Below, piece after piece: positions 18,984 through 28,071 of a stretch of 64,000 nucleotides of DNA. Both the position numbers and the translations under genes were made by a program. Where the stretch lies: contig JBEKVQ010000002.1 of NCBI GenBank assembly GCA_049997815.1, positions 74,483 through 138,482 on the forward strand, in the 5' to 3' direction. This DNA comes from Minisyncoccia bacterium. Lineage in GTDB: Bacteria > Patescibacteriota > Minisyncoccia > UBA6257 > GWB1-50-10. Under the pieces are notes generated by a model. The model searched no databases. It had not been told where the DNA came from and saw only the letters and a program-made list of their open reading frames with translations. The number at the start of each line of letters is the position of its first letter. The stretch's first letter is position 1.

Positions 18984-19034
18984 TGCGACAGTCATTTAAC
19001 CACGAAGTCAGAAAAACAATAGAGGAAACAAAAA

Positions 19035-20081
19035 ATGGCAACCATTACACACATCATAAATCCAAACCCTCGGCTTACGAAACATCTGGTTTCGAAGAAC
19101 GAATTCGCGGAAGAGCTGTTGACCGTCGTCGACGGGGGTGCAAAGGGTGGATTTGAAGAGTGTTGGAACTGGTATTCCGGACAGATACGGCTCCTCGGTT
19201 TTGAACCGAATGTCGCCGAGTATAAGAAACTAAAAAAGGAGATTGTGAAGGCCGGGCAGCGATATTTCCCGACGGCTCTCTCCGATAAAAAAGGGCGCCG
19301 TGCTCTCAGGATCTATGAACTTGCGGCGGCGACCTCTTTTTTGAGGCCGAATTTCCGATTTCTTAAGCGACTGCCTAGCTCGGAGAGCTTTACACTCAAA
19401 AAGAGAATCTCCGTACCCACCGATAATCTCGATTCGATCGTGCGCTCGATAGGACTCAATGCCGTGGATTTCATAAAGCTCGATACGCAGGGAACGGAAC
19501 TCGAGATCCTGCGGGGAGCGAAAAGAATACTGCGTTCCGCACTCGGAGTGACCGTAGAGTGTGCGTTTAATCCGTTTTATGAAAAAGAAACGACGTTTAC
19601 GGATATCGACCGATTTCTGAAACCGTTGGGTTTCTCGCTCTTCAATTTGCCTACGTTCCGTTATGCGCGGACCGAGCTCTCGGTATATCAGGGGACGAGA
19701 ATTCATCAGAATACCAATCCCCATGGCCAGGTTTGCTGGTGCGAGGCGCTCTACTTCCGAGATGCGGCGGATGAAATTCTTCATGGGAAAGGCACTAAAT
19801 GGAAACGTCCCCGGATTTTGAAACTTGCGAGCCTAATGGAGCTTTTCAGCTTCCAGGATTGTGCGATGGAATTACTTCGCGTCGCTTCTGAGGCAGGACG
19901 ACTCAAGGGCGATGATTTGAAGCAAATGTTCGAATTTTTGGTTCCCGATGTCGATGGGGAAGAATACCCGTACGCCGCGTACGTTGAATATATGAGAGCA
20001 ACGCATGAACTCGATTTCCAGAAACGGACGGAGTTCGCGAAACTAAAACGCTCATCGAAAGGAAGGAGAAATCAATCATGA
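19035..20081 (+). CDS. FkbM-family methyltransferase
   Basis: VDGGAKGG, GFEP, DFIKLDTQGTELEILRGA. Confidence 0.9.
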   Translation: MATITHIINPNPRLTKHLVSKNEFAEELLTVVDGGAKGGFEECWNWYSGQIRLLGFEPNVAEYKKLKKEIVKAGQRYFPTALSDKKGRRALRIYELAAATSFLRPNFRFLKRLPSSESFTLKKRISVPTDNLDSIVRSIGLNAVDFIKLDTQGTELEILRGAKRILRSALGVTVECAFNPFYEKETTFTDIDRFLKPLGFSLFNLPTFRYARTELSVYQGTRIHQNTNPHGQVCWCEALYFRDAADEILHGKGTKWKRPRILKLASLMELFSFQDCAMELLRVASEAGRLKGDDLKQMFEFLVPDVDGEEYPYAAYVEYMRATHELDFQKRTEFAKLKRSSKGRRNQS

Positions 20082-20584
20082 GATTCGAGAAAACCAAATT
20101 GGACGGAGTCCTGCTTATCACGCCGGACATCAATGATACCGATTTCCGCGGCCCCTACGTCGAGCCCTACAATAAGAAAGAGTTCGCCGAAAATGGGATA
20201 AATATAGATTTTGTCGTGGACGACTTTTCGATGTCATTCCGGGGAGTATTGCGCGGCCTTCATGGGGATCAGGAAACGTATAAGCTTGTCTCCTGCCGCA
20301 TCGGGCAGCTCTATCTCGTGGTTCTGAATTATGACGAAAATTCGCCGCAGTTCGGTCAGTGGCAGAGTTTCTCCTTAAGCGACACGAATCATCAGCAGGT
20401 GCTTATCCCCCCGAAGTTCGCTAACGGCCACCTGGCGCTTTCCGAACGGGTAATGTTCTCCTACAAACAGTCGGAGTATTATCATCCGGAACGGCAGTTC
20501 TCGGTCAGATTCGATGACTCACGGTTCAACATCTGGTGGCCCATTAAGAACCCCATTCGTTCGCTAAGGGATGAGGGAAAGTAG
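20078..20584 (+). CDS. rfbC: dTDP-4-dehydrorhamnose 3,5-epimerase family (cupin)
   Basis: DFRG, GVLRGLHG, KLVSC, IPPKFANGH, WPI. Confidence 0.85.
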   Translation: MRFEKTKLDGVLLITPDINDTDFRGPYVEPYNKKEFAENGINIDFVVDDFSMSFRGVLRGLHGDQETYKLVSCRIGQLYLVVLNYDENSPQFGQWQSFSLSDTNHQQVLIPPKFANGHLALSERVMFSYKQSEYYHPERQFSVRFDDSRFNIWWPIKNPIRSLRDEGK

Positions 20585-20604
20585 TACGTTCGATCATCAT
20601 CGTG

Positions 20605-20640
20605 AAAGCCCGGAGCTATTGTGTCCGGGCTTTTTCATTT
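20605..20640 (+). terminator. Intrinsic terminator
   Basis: AAAGCCCGGA-loop-TCCGGGCTTT followed by a T-rich tail. Confidence 0.8.
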
Positions 20641-20665
20641 TTATCGGTGGGTAGCAAGCCGTTCC

Positions 20666-20695
20666 TTGACAGTCCATGTGGATTTTTGTTACTGT
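20666..20695 (+). promoter_or_regulatory. sigma70 promoter
   Basis: TTGACA-18 bp-TACTGT with TG extension. Confidence 0.5.
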
Positions 20696-20758
20696 TTCCT
20701 CAGTTTCATTACCAATAAGACACACTAAAACAGAAAGAAAGAAGGAGGAAGGACAGCT

Positions 20759-22567
20759 ATGGAAAACCTAACTGCTGGACGGCCGACGATTGCCGAACTG
20801 GTCGAAAAATCGAAACACATCCGCAACCTTATTCTTAATATGTGCGAGAAGGCGGGAACGGGTCACGTGAATTCGTCCTATTCCTGCATCGAGCTTATGG
20901 TTGCGCTCTATCACGGGGGAATCCTCGAATTCGATCCGAAGAACCCGAAGTGGAACGATCGCGACCGGTTCATTCTGAGTAAAGGACAAGCCAGTCCGGG
21001 ACTGTATGTGGTCCTTGCTGATTTGGGATTCTTCCCGTTGGAGGAACTCGACCATTTTAATCGTGCCGAAGGAATTTTCGGCGTGCATCTCCAAAACACC
21101 GTTCCGGGAGTCGAGATAACCTCCGGTTCATTGGGACACGGTTTCGGGGTAGCGCAGGGAATCGCCCTTGCCGAGAAAATGGACGGGAAACACCACCTTG
21201 TCGTGACACTCCTCGGAGACGGAGAGTGCTACGAAGGGTCCGTGTGGGAAACGGCGATGCTTGCGAGTCATCATCGGCTCAATAATCTGGTCGCCATCGT
21301 CGACCGGAACTACATGTGCGCCATTGATTTTACGGAAGACGTTAATCAGCTTGAACCGCTCGATAAGAAGTGGGAATCGTTTGGATGGAGAGTCGTCCGC
21401 ATTAACGGCCATTCCTTTGAACAGATTTTTGCGGCTTTCGACGGGATTCGTTCTCGGCGTTCGACGCAACCCCTGCTCATCATCGCGGATACCGTGAAAG
21501 GCAAAGGTGTGGGGTTCATGAGTGATTCTCCGTTCTGGCATTCGCAGGCTCCTAAGGGAAAGTTCTTTACCATTGCCCAGCAGGAGCTGAACGAGAATGT
21601 CCGGCCCCAGCGGCAGGTGGAGCATGAGATCGTCAAAAGACCCTCGATGCGGGATGCGTTCTGGAACAAGATTTACGACCTCGCGGTTCTCGACCGAAAT
21701 TTAATCCTCGTCTCGGCGGATCAAAATTCGCCGACCCTCGACGATGATTTCCGGAAGAAGATCCCCCAGCAGTTCCTGAACGTGGGGATCGCCGAGCAGA
21801 ACATGGTTCTCGTTGCTGCCGGACTTGCCATAGGGGGCAAGAAGGCGTTCGCGCATGCTATTGCTCCATTCATCACGCTTCGGTGTTATGAGCATATCAA
21901 AATGCAGCTTTCGGCGATGAAGATACCAGTGACGCTTGTGGGAGTGGGGGCTGGATTCAGTTATCCCGACTCTGGACCCACGCACCACACACTTGAAGAT
22001 CTCTCCATTATGCGGACCCTGCCCAATATGCTGGTTCATAATATCTCGGATGACGTGATGGCTGCGGCTTTCGCTCTAATCGCCTATCGCGAACAGCGTC
22101 CACGCTATATACGTCTGGACCGGGAGGCGTGCCCCAATATTCACCAGGCGGACGCCGATTTTTCGAGTGGTGTAGCACTTCTTCGGGATGGCGACGGTCC
22201 ATGCATCGTTGCTACCGGTAATATGGTTCATCGGGCGCTTGCAGTCGCCGAGAATCTCAGTCAAACGATTCCGGGGATCAGGGTTGTAGAGATATATACC
22301 TTCCCCGTGAATCTCGGCGCGTTCGCTGAAGCGATTGGTCCATCGAAACGGGTAGTGACCCTGGAAGAACACTTCCTACCTGGAGGATTGGGGAGTGCAG
22401 TCACTGAGGCGCTCGCGGATTCCGGTATTTGTGTGCCGGTCAAACGGATTGGTGTGGATCCATCGAAGGGATACTGCTACCGATACGGCGGCCGCGGAAA
22501 CATCCAGTTGCAGTATGGGTTGGACGAAGAGAGCATTATCGGCAAGGTCTCGCTGTTCTTGCAGTAG
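20759..22567 (+). CDS. Fused transketolase-like TPP enzyme (N- and C-subunits in one chain)
   Basis: DRDRFILSKG, GSLGHG, GDGECYEGSVWE, then NVGIAEQN, GPTHH, EEHFLPGGLGS; AAGGAGG RBS. Confidence 0.9.
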   Translation: MENLTAGRPTIAELVEKSKHIRNLILNMCEKAGTGHVNSSYSCIELMVALYHGGILEFDPKNPKWNDRDRFILSKGQASPGLYVVLADLGFFPLEELDHFNRAEGIFGVHLQNTVPGVEITSGSLGHGFGVAQGIALAEKMDGKHHLVVTLLGDGECYEGSVWETAMLASHHRLNNLVAIVDRNYMCAIDFTEDVNQLEPLDKKWESFGWRVVRINGHSFEQIFAAFDGIRSRRSTQPLLIIADTVKGKGVGFMSDSPFWHSQAPKGKFFTIAQQELNENVRPQRQVEHEIVKRPSMRDAFWNKIYDLAVLDRNLILVSADQNSPTLDDDFRKKIPQQFLNVGIAEQNMVLVAAGLAIGGKKAFAHAIAPFITLRCYEHIKMQLSAMKIPVTLVGVGAGFSYPDSGPTHHTLEDLSIMRTLPNMLVHNISDDVMAAAFALIAYREQRPRYIRLDREACPNIHQADADFSSGVALLRDGDGPCIVATGNMVHRALAVAENLSQTIPGIRVVEIYTFPVNLGAFAEAIGPSKRVVTLEEHFLPGGLGSAVTEALADSGICVPVKRIGVDPSKGYCYRYGGRGNIQLQYGLDEESIIGKVSLFLQ

Positions 22568-22590
22568 GCAAAGAGCGGGAGACCATCTTG

Positions 22591-22627
22591 GGCCTCACTT
22601 GGAAACAAGTGAGGCCTTTTTATTTTC
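22591..22627 (+). terminator. Intrinsic terminator
   Basis: Perfect 11-bp stem GGCCTCACTTG-gaaa-CAAGTGAGGCC with a T-run. Confidence 0.9.
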
Positions 22628-22737
22628 ATTATTGAAACCGAAATTCTCAGGAATGTACTTGACACAATACCGTAAAATTTAGTATTATTCTTTCAGTTTA
22701 ATTACCAATTTCACGTGCTTATGTAGGAGAATTGAGA

Positions 22738-23688
22738 ATGAAAACCGAAAGCGTTTTGACCACAGGTGATTTTGCCAGTTTAGTCGGCACAGATATCATA
22801 GATCTTAAAAAATATCTCCAAGGCCGGACATTGGACGGCAATTTTTTATACAGAGAACGCACCGGTACCGAGCGCGATGAAGCGATTCTCTTCGTACTCA
22901 AAAAGATCGGATCCGGCGAACTTCTGGTCGCGAGAGAACAGATGAATAAAGATTACTGGACGAATTATTGGGGGGATATTCTTAAGGATTTCCTCGCAAA
23001 CGGGTGTGATGTGACAAGGCTCACTCCTCAGTACATGCGCCGATATCCTTTCTTTCGGCTCTGCCGGAACTACGTCGATTCCGAAGATGCAACATTCACG
23101 ACACGGTGGTTTGATGTTCTGAAGACCTGTTTGTTCAGTCAATATTTGCGGGAGGCCGATTCGGTTTACGAATTCGGTTGCGGACCGGGGCACAATCTGG
23201 TGCTCCTCGCGAAGCTGTTTCCTGAGAAGAATCTTCTCGGATTCGACTGGGTGCAGCCGTCGGCGGATATTTTGACGGCCATGGCGAACGAACACCATTA
23301 CCGCCTCACGGGAGGAGTTTTCGATATTTACTCGCCTGACGAGAGTATCGCGTTTCCACCCTTAAGTGCCGTGATGACAATCCATGCTTTGGAGCAGATC
23401 GGACCGAACTTCGAGCCGTTCCTGGATTTCCTCCTCAGAAAGTCACCCGCGCTGTGCCTTCACATCGAGCCCATTTACGAGCTCTACGATCCGGACAACC
23501 TGATTGATTGGCTCGCCATGGAGTTTCACCGGAAACGGAAGTATCTTGATGGTTTCCTGACCCGTCTCAAGGAACTCGATGAGAGAGGTGTTATCGAACT
23601 CATAAAGGTGCAACGAGTGCCCTTCGGAAGCACATTTCACGATCCTTACTCGTACATCGTGTGGCGGCCGTTGCGAAAAAAGATCTGA
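22738..23688 (+). CDS. Class I SAM-dependent methyltransferase
   Basis: VYEFGCGPGHN, GFDW, HALEQ, HIEP; AGGAG RBS; upstream TTGACA-18-TATTAT at ~22659-22688. Confidence 0.8.
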   Translation: MKTESVLTTGDFASLVGTDIIDLKKYLQGRTLDGNFLYRERTGTERDEAILFVLKKIGSGELLVAREQMNKDYWTNYWGDILKDFLANGCDVTRLTPQYMRRYPFFRLCRNYVDSEDATFTTRWFDVLKTCLFSQYLREADSVYEFGCGPGHNLVLLAKLFPEKNLLGFDWVQPSADILTAMANEHHYRLTGGVFDIYSPDESIAFPPLSAVMTIHALEQIGPNFEPFLDFLLRKSPALCLHIEPIYELYDPDNLIDWLAMEFHRKRKYLDGFLTRLKELDERGVIELIKVQRVPFGSTFHDPYSYIVWRPLRKKI

Positions 23689-23722
23689 AATCCGTCGCCT
23701 TTCACAAAACACGTTTCAAAAT

Positions 23723-23763
23723 AATCCCTCCTCTGCCCAATAGCGGAGGGGGATTTTTATTTC
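23723..23763 (+). terminator. Intrinsic terminator of the methyltransferase gene
   Basis: AATCCC(T)CCTCTGC-loop-GCGGAGGGGGATT with a T-run. Confidence 0.7.
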
Positions 23764-23771
23764 ACGGATAT

Positions 23772-23801
23772 AAAAATACACCACTGTGTCAGTGGTGTAT
23801 T
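23772..23801 (-). terminator. Intrinsic terminator of the radical SAM gene
   Basis: Perfect 12-bp stem AATACACCACTG-tgt-CAGTGGTGTATT with an A-run on its left. Confidence 0.8.
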
Positions 23802-23825
23802 GAATTTAAATGGGATTGCAGTGAA

Positions 23826-25340
23826 TTATTTAGCCAGGTGATTTCTTTTCAGGCTAATTGCTGATTCCTCCTTAATCTTGTCTACGGTTGGTTCGCCGAA
23901 TTTTCTGCGGATCATTTCAAGATGAGCAGGGTTAGTGAAGCAGGTTTTCCACGCCCAATCTCTGAACTGGAGAACCTGCTGGCCGGTTAAATATCGGGTC
24001 GGCAAGGGCAGGGTATTTTCGGAATGTTGCGAGTAGCCATCCCAACTTTTTGGAAGCGGCCATCCCTCCTTCACGGCTAGATTGTAGAGCTGTGAACCGG
24101 GATAGGCCATTGCCGAATAAAAATTGGAATATTCGCAATTCAATTCCATCGCCTGAGAGAGCGTTTGTTGCATCGAGTCGTAATCGTCCTCAGGGAGTCC
24201 GAAGATGTAATTAGCAGCGACGTAAATTCCGCCGTCTCTGACTTGTTTTATCACGGAAAAAACATCGCTGTCCTTGAATTCCCCTTTCCTTGCATCATTA
24301 CGCACTCGTTCGCTTGCCGCCTCGATTCCGAAGCAAAGCCAACGGAAGCCGGCCCTTCTTAACTTTTCGATAATTTCGTCTCCGGAGATCGTGTCAACGC
24401 GGGTATAGGCCCAGATATTCAGGTCATATCCCCGTTCGATAATCAAATCGCAGATGCCGTTCACGTGTTTCATGTTCAATACAAACATTTCATCCGCAAA
24501 CTTGATGTTCTTTATTCCGAACTTCTCGACGAGAAAACCTATCTGGTCCACAACGAGCTTTGGGTTCCAAAACCGGTAACTGTTTACTTCGGATTTGATT
24601 CCCATCGCGCCTTCCCCGCTTTTGAAAGGAGCTTGAATACAGCAGAAAGAACAGTGATACGGACAACCCAGGGTCGTGTATATTGAGGCATAAGGTTGCC
24701 GTATCAAATCTCCGTAAGAATGCCATAGGTTCGTCCTGTAGAGGTTCATCGGTAAAAGATCCCAGGCGATCCCATTCATTTCTTCGTTGAGATTTTTTAC
24801 GAGAGGAGCCGGTGAGGTCGTTACCAATTCATCGTCTGATTTGTATATCAGGCCCCTGACTTTCCGGTAATCAGTTTCCCTTACCTTTATCGCTTCAGTC
24901 AGGTCGAGTAAGGTGTAGGGTCCTTCCCCCGTGCAAACAAAGTCAACGCACTCCTCGTTCAACGTTTTTTCCGGAAGAGCGGCCACATGTCCTCCGATCA
25001 TGATGATCTTCAGATTCGGATCGGCTTCTTTGATCGCCCTTGCAATCCTGCCGGCCGAAGGCATTACCTGCGTTGATGCGGAAGGATTATGGCCATAGCA
25101 GACTATTGCAACGAGTTCGGGATTGATATCGGCAACTCGACTTGCAACTTCTTTCGGATCAAGACGTTCGACATATGCATCGATGATGGAGGAAGAAATA
25201 TTTTTCTTTCTCAAGAAGGTTGCTAAAAGTCCTGCCCAAATCGGATTTTCGCAGGCACTTTGTCGGTTTCCCAATTCTTGATAGATTTCAACGTTGTCTC
25301 CCGGAGCTATCATTACCACATCTAATCCCTTGGTCTTCAT
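23826..25340 (-). CDS. Cobalamin (B12)-binding radical SAM protein (class B methyltransferase-like)
   Basis: B12-binding region (IGGHVAALP..DFVCTGEG), GCPYHCSFC (CxxxCxxC), ADEMF, FGIEA, IFGLP. Promoter TTGCCA-17-TATGCT at 25414-25386. Confidence 0.9.
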   Translation of the reverse strand: MKTKGLDVVMIAPGDNVEIYQELGNRQSACENPIWAGLLATFLRKKNISSSIIDAYVERLDPKEVASRVADINPELVAIVCYGHNPSASTQVMPSAGRIARAIKEADPNLKIIMIGGHVAALPEKTLNEECVDFVCTGEGPYTLLDLTEAIKVRETDYRKVRGLIYKSDDELVTTSPAPLVKNLNEEMNGIAWDLLPMNLYRTNLWHSYGDLIRQPYASIYTTLGCPYHCSFCCIQAPFKSGEGAMGIKSEVNSYRFWNPKLVVDQIGFLVEKFGIKNIKFADEMFVLNMKHVNGICDLIIERGYDLNIWAYTRVDTISGDEIIEKLRRAGFRWLCFGIEAASERVRNDARKGEFKDSDVFSVIKQVRDGGIYVAANYIFGLPEDDYDSMQQTLSQAMELNCEYSNFYSAMAYPGSQLYNLAVKEGWPLPKSWDGYSQHSENTLPLPTRYLTGQQVLQFRDWAWKTCFTNPAHLEMIRRKFGEPTVDKIKEESAISLKRNHLAK

Positions 25341-25533
25341 GACGTCGTCCCCTTATTTGGTTTTTGGTTTCAAGAATCTAGTTCGAGCATAACTATTTTT
25401 TGGGGATTTGGCAAGCCCCTGAGGGTTTCGGCTCTATTCCGAACAAATCGTTCATCACCATTGGGAGGGGTTGCACACTTAGGGCGAGAGGGTGTAATTT
25501 TAATAACATCGTTACAGGAAATATTGTTTCAAA

Positions 25534-26472
25534 ATGGCAAAAATATTAGTTACAGGTGGCGCGGGGTATATCGGTTCCGTTCTCGTTCCGGAGCTTTTGC
25601 GGGCGGAACATGAAGTTACGGTTATCGATAATTTTCTCTATGGTCAAACCCCGTTTTTGGAAGTATGCCACATTAAACATTTCACGATTGTGAGGGGAGA
25701 TGCTCGTGATAGAGAACTGATTGCGAAGCATATTGTCGGGAAAGATTATATTATTCCGCTCGCGTGCCTCGTAGGAGCGCCGGTTTGCGACCGGGACCCT
25801 ATTACCGCGAGGACCACGAATGTGGGGGCCGTGGAACTAATCTTGAAATTAAGGAAGCCCGGGCAAAGGATTATCTTCCCGAATACGAACAGTGGATACG
25901 GAACAGGCCGAGGCGACACGACGTTTTGCACGGAAGAGACCCCGCTTAACCCGATATCCCTGTATGGCCGGCTTAAGGTGGAGGCGGAGCGCAAGATCCT
26001 CGAAGCGGGAGAGGCGATAACGTTCCGTTTGGCAACCGTCTGTGGCATGAGCCCGCGTATGCGTTTGGATCTTCTCGTTAATGACTTCGTATACCGCGCC
26101 GTGAACGACCGATTCATCGTTCTTTTTGAAGCCCACTTCAAGCGGAACTTCATCCATGTGCGGGATGTCGCTCGCGCATTTGTGCATGCGATAGACAACT
26201 TCGAGGCCATGAAAAATAATGCCTACAATGTGGGTCTGTCGGACGCGAATCTGAGCAAGTGGGAACTCTGTGAAGAGATAAAAAAGCACGTTCCCGACTT
26301 CGTGTGCATTTCCTCCGGGGTGGGTAAAGATGTTGATCAAAGAAACTACATCGTCAGCAATGCAAAAATAGAACTGACTGGATTCAAGCCCATCACCCCT
26401 CTCGCGGACGCCATACCCGAACTCATCAAGGGGTTCACGATCGTCAAGAGGAATATGTACGGAAACGTCTAG
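25534..26472 (+). CDS. NAD-dependent epimerase/dehydratase
   Basis: GGAGYIG, LACLVGAPVC, YGRLK, RMRLDLLVN. Confidence 0.9.
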   Translation: MAKILVTGGAGYIGSVLVPELLRAEHEVTVIDNFLYGQTPFLEVCHIKHFTIVRGDARDRELIAKHIVGKDYIIPLACLVGAPVCDRDPITARTTNVGAVELILKLRKPGQRIIFPNTNSGYGTGRGDTTFCTEETPLNPISLYGRLKVEAERKILEAGEAITFRLATVCGMSPRMRLDLLVNDFVYRAVNDRFIVLFEAHFKRNFIHVRDVARAFVHAIDNFEAMKNNAYNVGLSDANLSKWELCEEIKKHVPDFVCISSGVGKDVDQRNYIVSNAKIELTGFKPITPLADAIPELIKGFTIVKRNMYGNV

Positions 26473-26601
26473 AGTCCTTGTAGCATTGAAGAGGAGATTA
26501 CGGGCCAGTATGATATTGCCAGTCTATACGTACCATAGGTAGAAAGTAACCTTAGGGGATCGTTAGGGTATTTTCGCGGCATTAAAGTTGAAACTGCTCA
26601 T

Positions 26602-28071
26602 ATGATAGAAAACCTAAAAAACCTTTTCTTTGATCAGAAAAGCCAAAAGAAGACCGTTTTAAAGAATTTTCTGTGGTTGGGAACCAGTCAGGTTGGAGGC
26701 CGACTCATTAGAGGCATAATCACGATTTATTCTGCGCGCGCCTTGGGAACTGCTGGCTACGGCGTATTTTCCTATGCGATGGGACTTGCCGCTTTCTTTA
26801 TTTTTTTCAAGAACATCGGCGTGGACTCCATCCTAACTAGGGAAGTAGCACACCGGCCGTCGGAAAGAGATAGATTATTTGCGACCTCATTCTGGCTGGA
26901 GGTTGGTTTGCTCGTGATTACCGCGCTCCTCCTCCTTTTTGTGGCTCCGCTTTTTAGTCACATTCCCGAAGCTCTCGCCTTGATTCCGGCAGTGACCCTA
27001 ATGATCGTGGCGGATGATATGAAAGATCTTTTTATCGCTTTCTTCCGAGGAATAGAAAAAATGGAATGGGAAGCCGTGGTCACCGTTGCCTCCAATGTCG
27101 CCGTAGTTGTATTCGGTTTTGGCGCTCTCTTAATCTCGCCGACGCCGCTCTACCTTGCCTTGGCTTATGCTGCCGCCTCCGTTTTCGGGGTTCTTTTGGC
27201 CGGCGGCATAATTTTCGTCCGTCATGTTCGGGGGTTTTTCAAGAGTTTTGATAGCGGTTTGATTGCGCCCATTTTAATATCGGCCTGGCCGATCGCCATA
27301 GGGGGGCTGGCTGGCTTGTTCTTCTTTAATGTGGATATTATCATGCTGGGCTTTTGGCGAACCACCGATGATGTCGGTATCTATGCGGCCGTTCAAAAGA
27401 TTGTGGGTATTCTTTCGGTGATTCCGACCCTGATTATAACCAGCACCTTCCCGGTTTTTTCTAGGCTGGCCCATCAGAATGATTCGGTGCGAATGCGCCA
27501 GGCCATGGAAAGCGTAATTCGCATTCTTTTCCTGTTCTCGGTACCTCTTGTCTTGGGTGGCATTGTATTGGGTGCCCCCCTCCTGAACTTCATTTTCGGA
27601 AACGCTTACGGTTCGGGGGCAAGCGCCATGTCTATACTTTTGATTTCCATAATCGCCTCTTTCCCAACCGGCCTATTCTCTTATTTCATATTTGCCTATG
27701 ATAAGCAGCGCAAGATGGTTTTATATCCGATTATCGCCGCGCTGATCAACATTGGCCTGAATTTATTTTTGGTTCCTCGTTTTGGCATGATCGGCGCCTC
27801 GGTGGCAACCCTTACAACAAGCGTGATTTACTTTTTCTTGCTCTTCCAGCTTTGCTTGAAGATTGAACCGTTCTCATTATGGAGGGGATTCTCAAAGATT
27901 CTGGGTGTAGCGATACTCATGGCAATTTTTGCCTGGGTAATTCAATTGTCGGGCGTGCCAGTGCTCGCGAATATCGCTCTTTCCGCTGGGCTATACCTGT
28001 TCATTCTTAAGGTCCTAAAAGAAGAATCCCTGGAGGAGATTCTTTCTATGGTTCGTTCGACGCGGAGTTAG
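26602..28071 (+). CDS. wzx: Wzx-type oligosaccharide flippase
   Basis: KN..WL, ARALGTAGYG..SYA, DIIMLG..VGIYAA, LN..LVPRFGMIGA; about 14 TM segments. Confidence 0.85.
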   Translation: MIENLKNLFFDQKSQKKTVLKNFLWLGTSQVGGRLIRGIITIYSARALGTAGYGVFSYAMGLAAFFIFFKNIGVDSILTREVAHRPSERDRLFATSFWLEVGLLVITALLLLFVAPLFSHIPEALALIPAVTLMIVADDMKDLFIAFFRGIEKMEWEAVVTVASNVAVVVFGFGALLISPTPLYLALAYAAASVFGVLLAGGIIFVRHVRGFFKSFDSGLIAPILISAWPIAIGGLAGLFFFNVDIIMLGFWRTTDDVGIYAAVQKIVGILSVIPTLIITSTFPVFSRLAHQNDSVRMRQAMESVIRILFLFSVPLVLGGIVLGAPLLNFIFGNAYGSGASAMSILLISIIASFPTGLFSYFIFAYDKQRKMVLYPIIAALINIGLNLFLVPRFGMIGASVATLTTSVIYFFLLFQLCLKIEPFSLWRGFSKILGVAILMAIFAWVIQLSGVPVLANIALSAGLYLFILKVLKEESLEEILSMVRSTRS

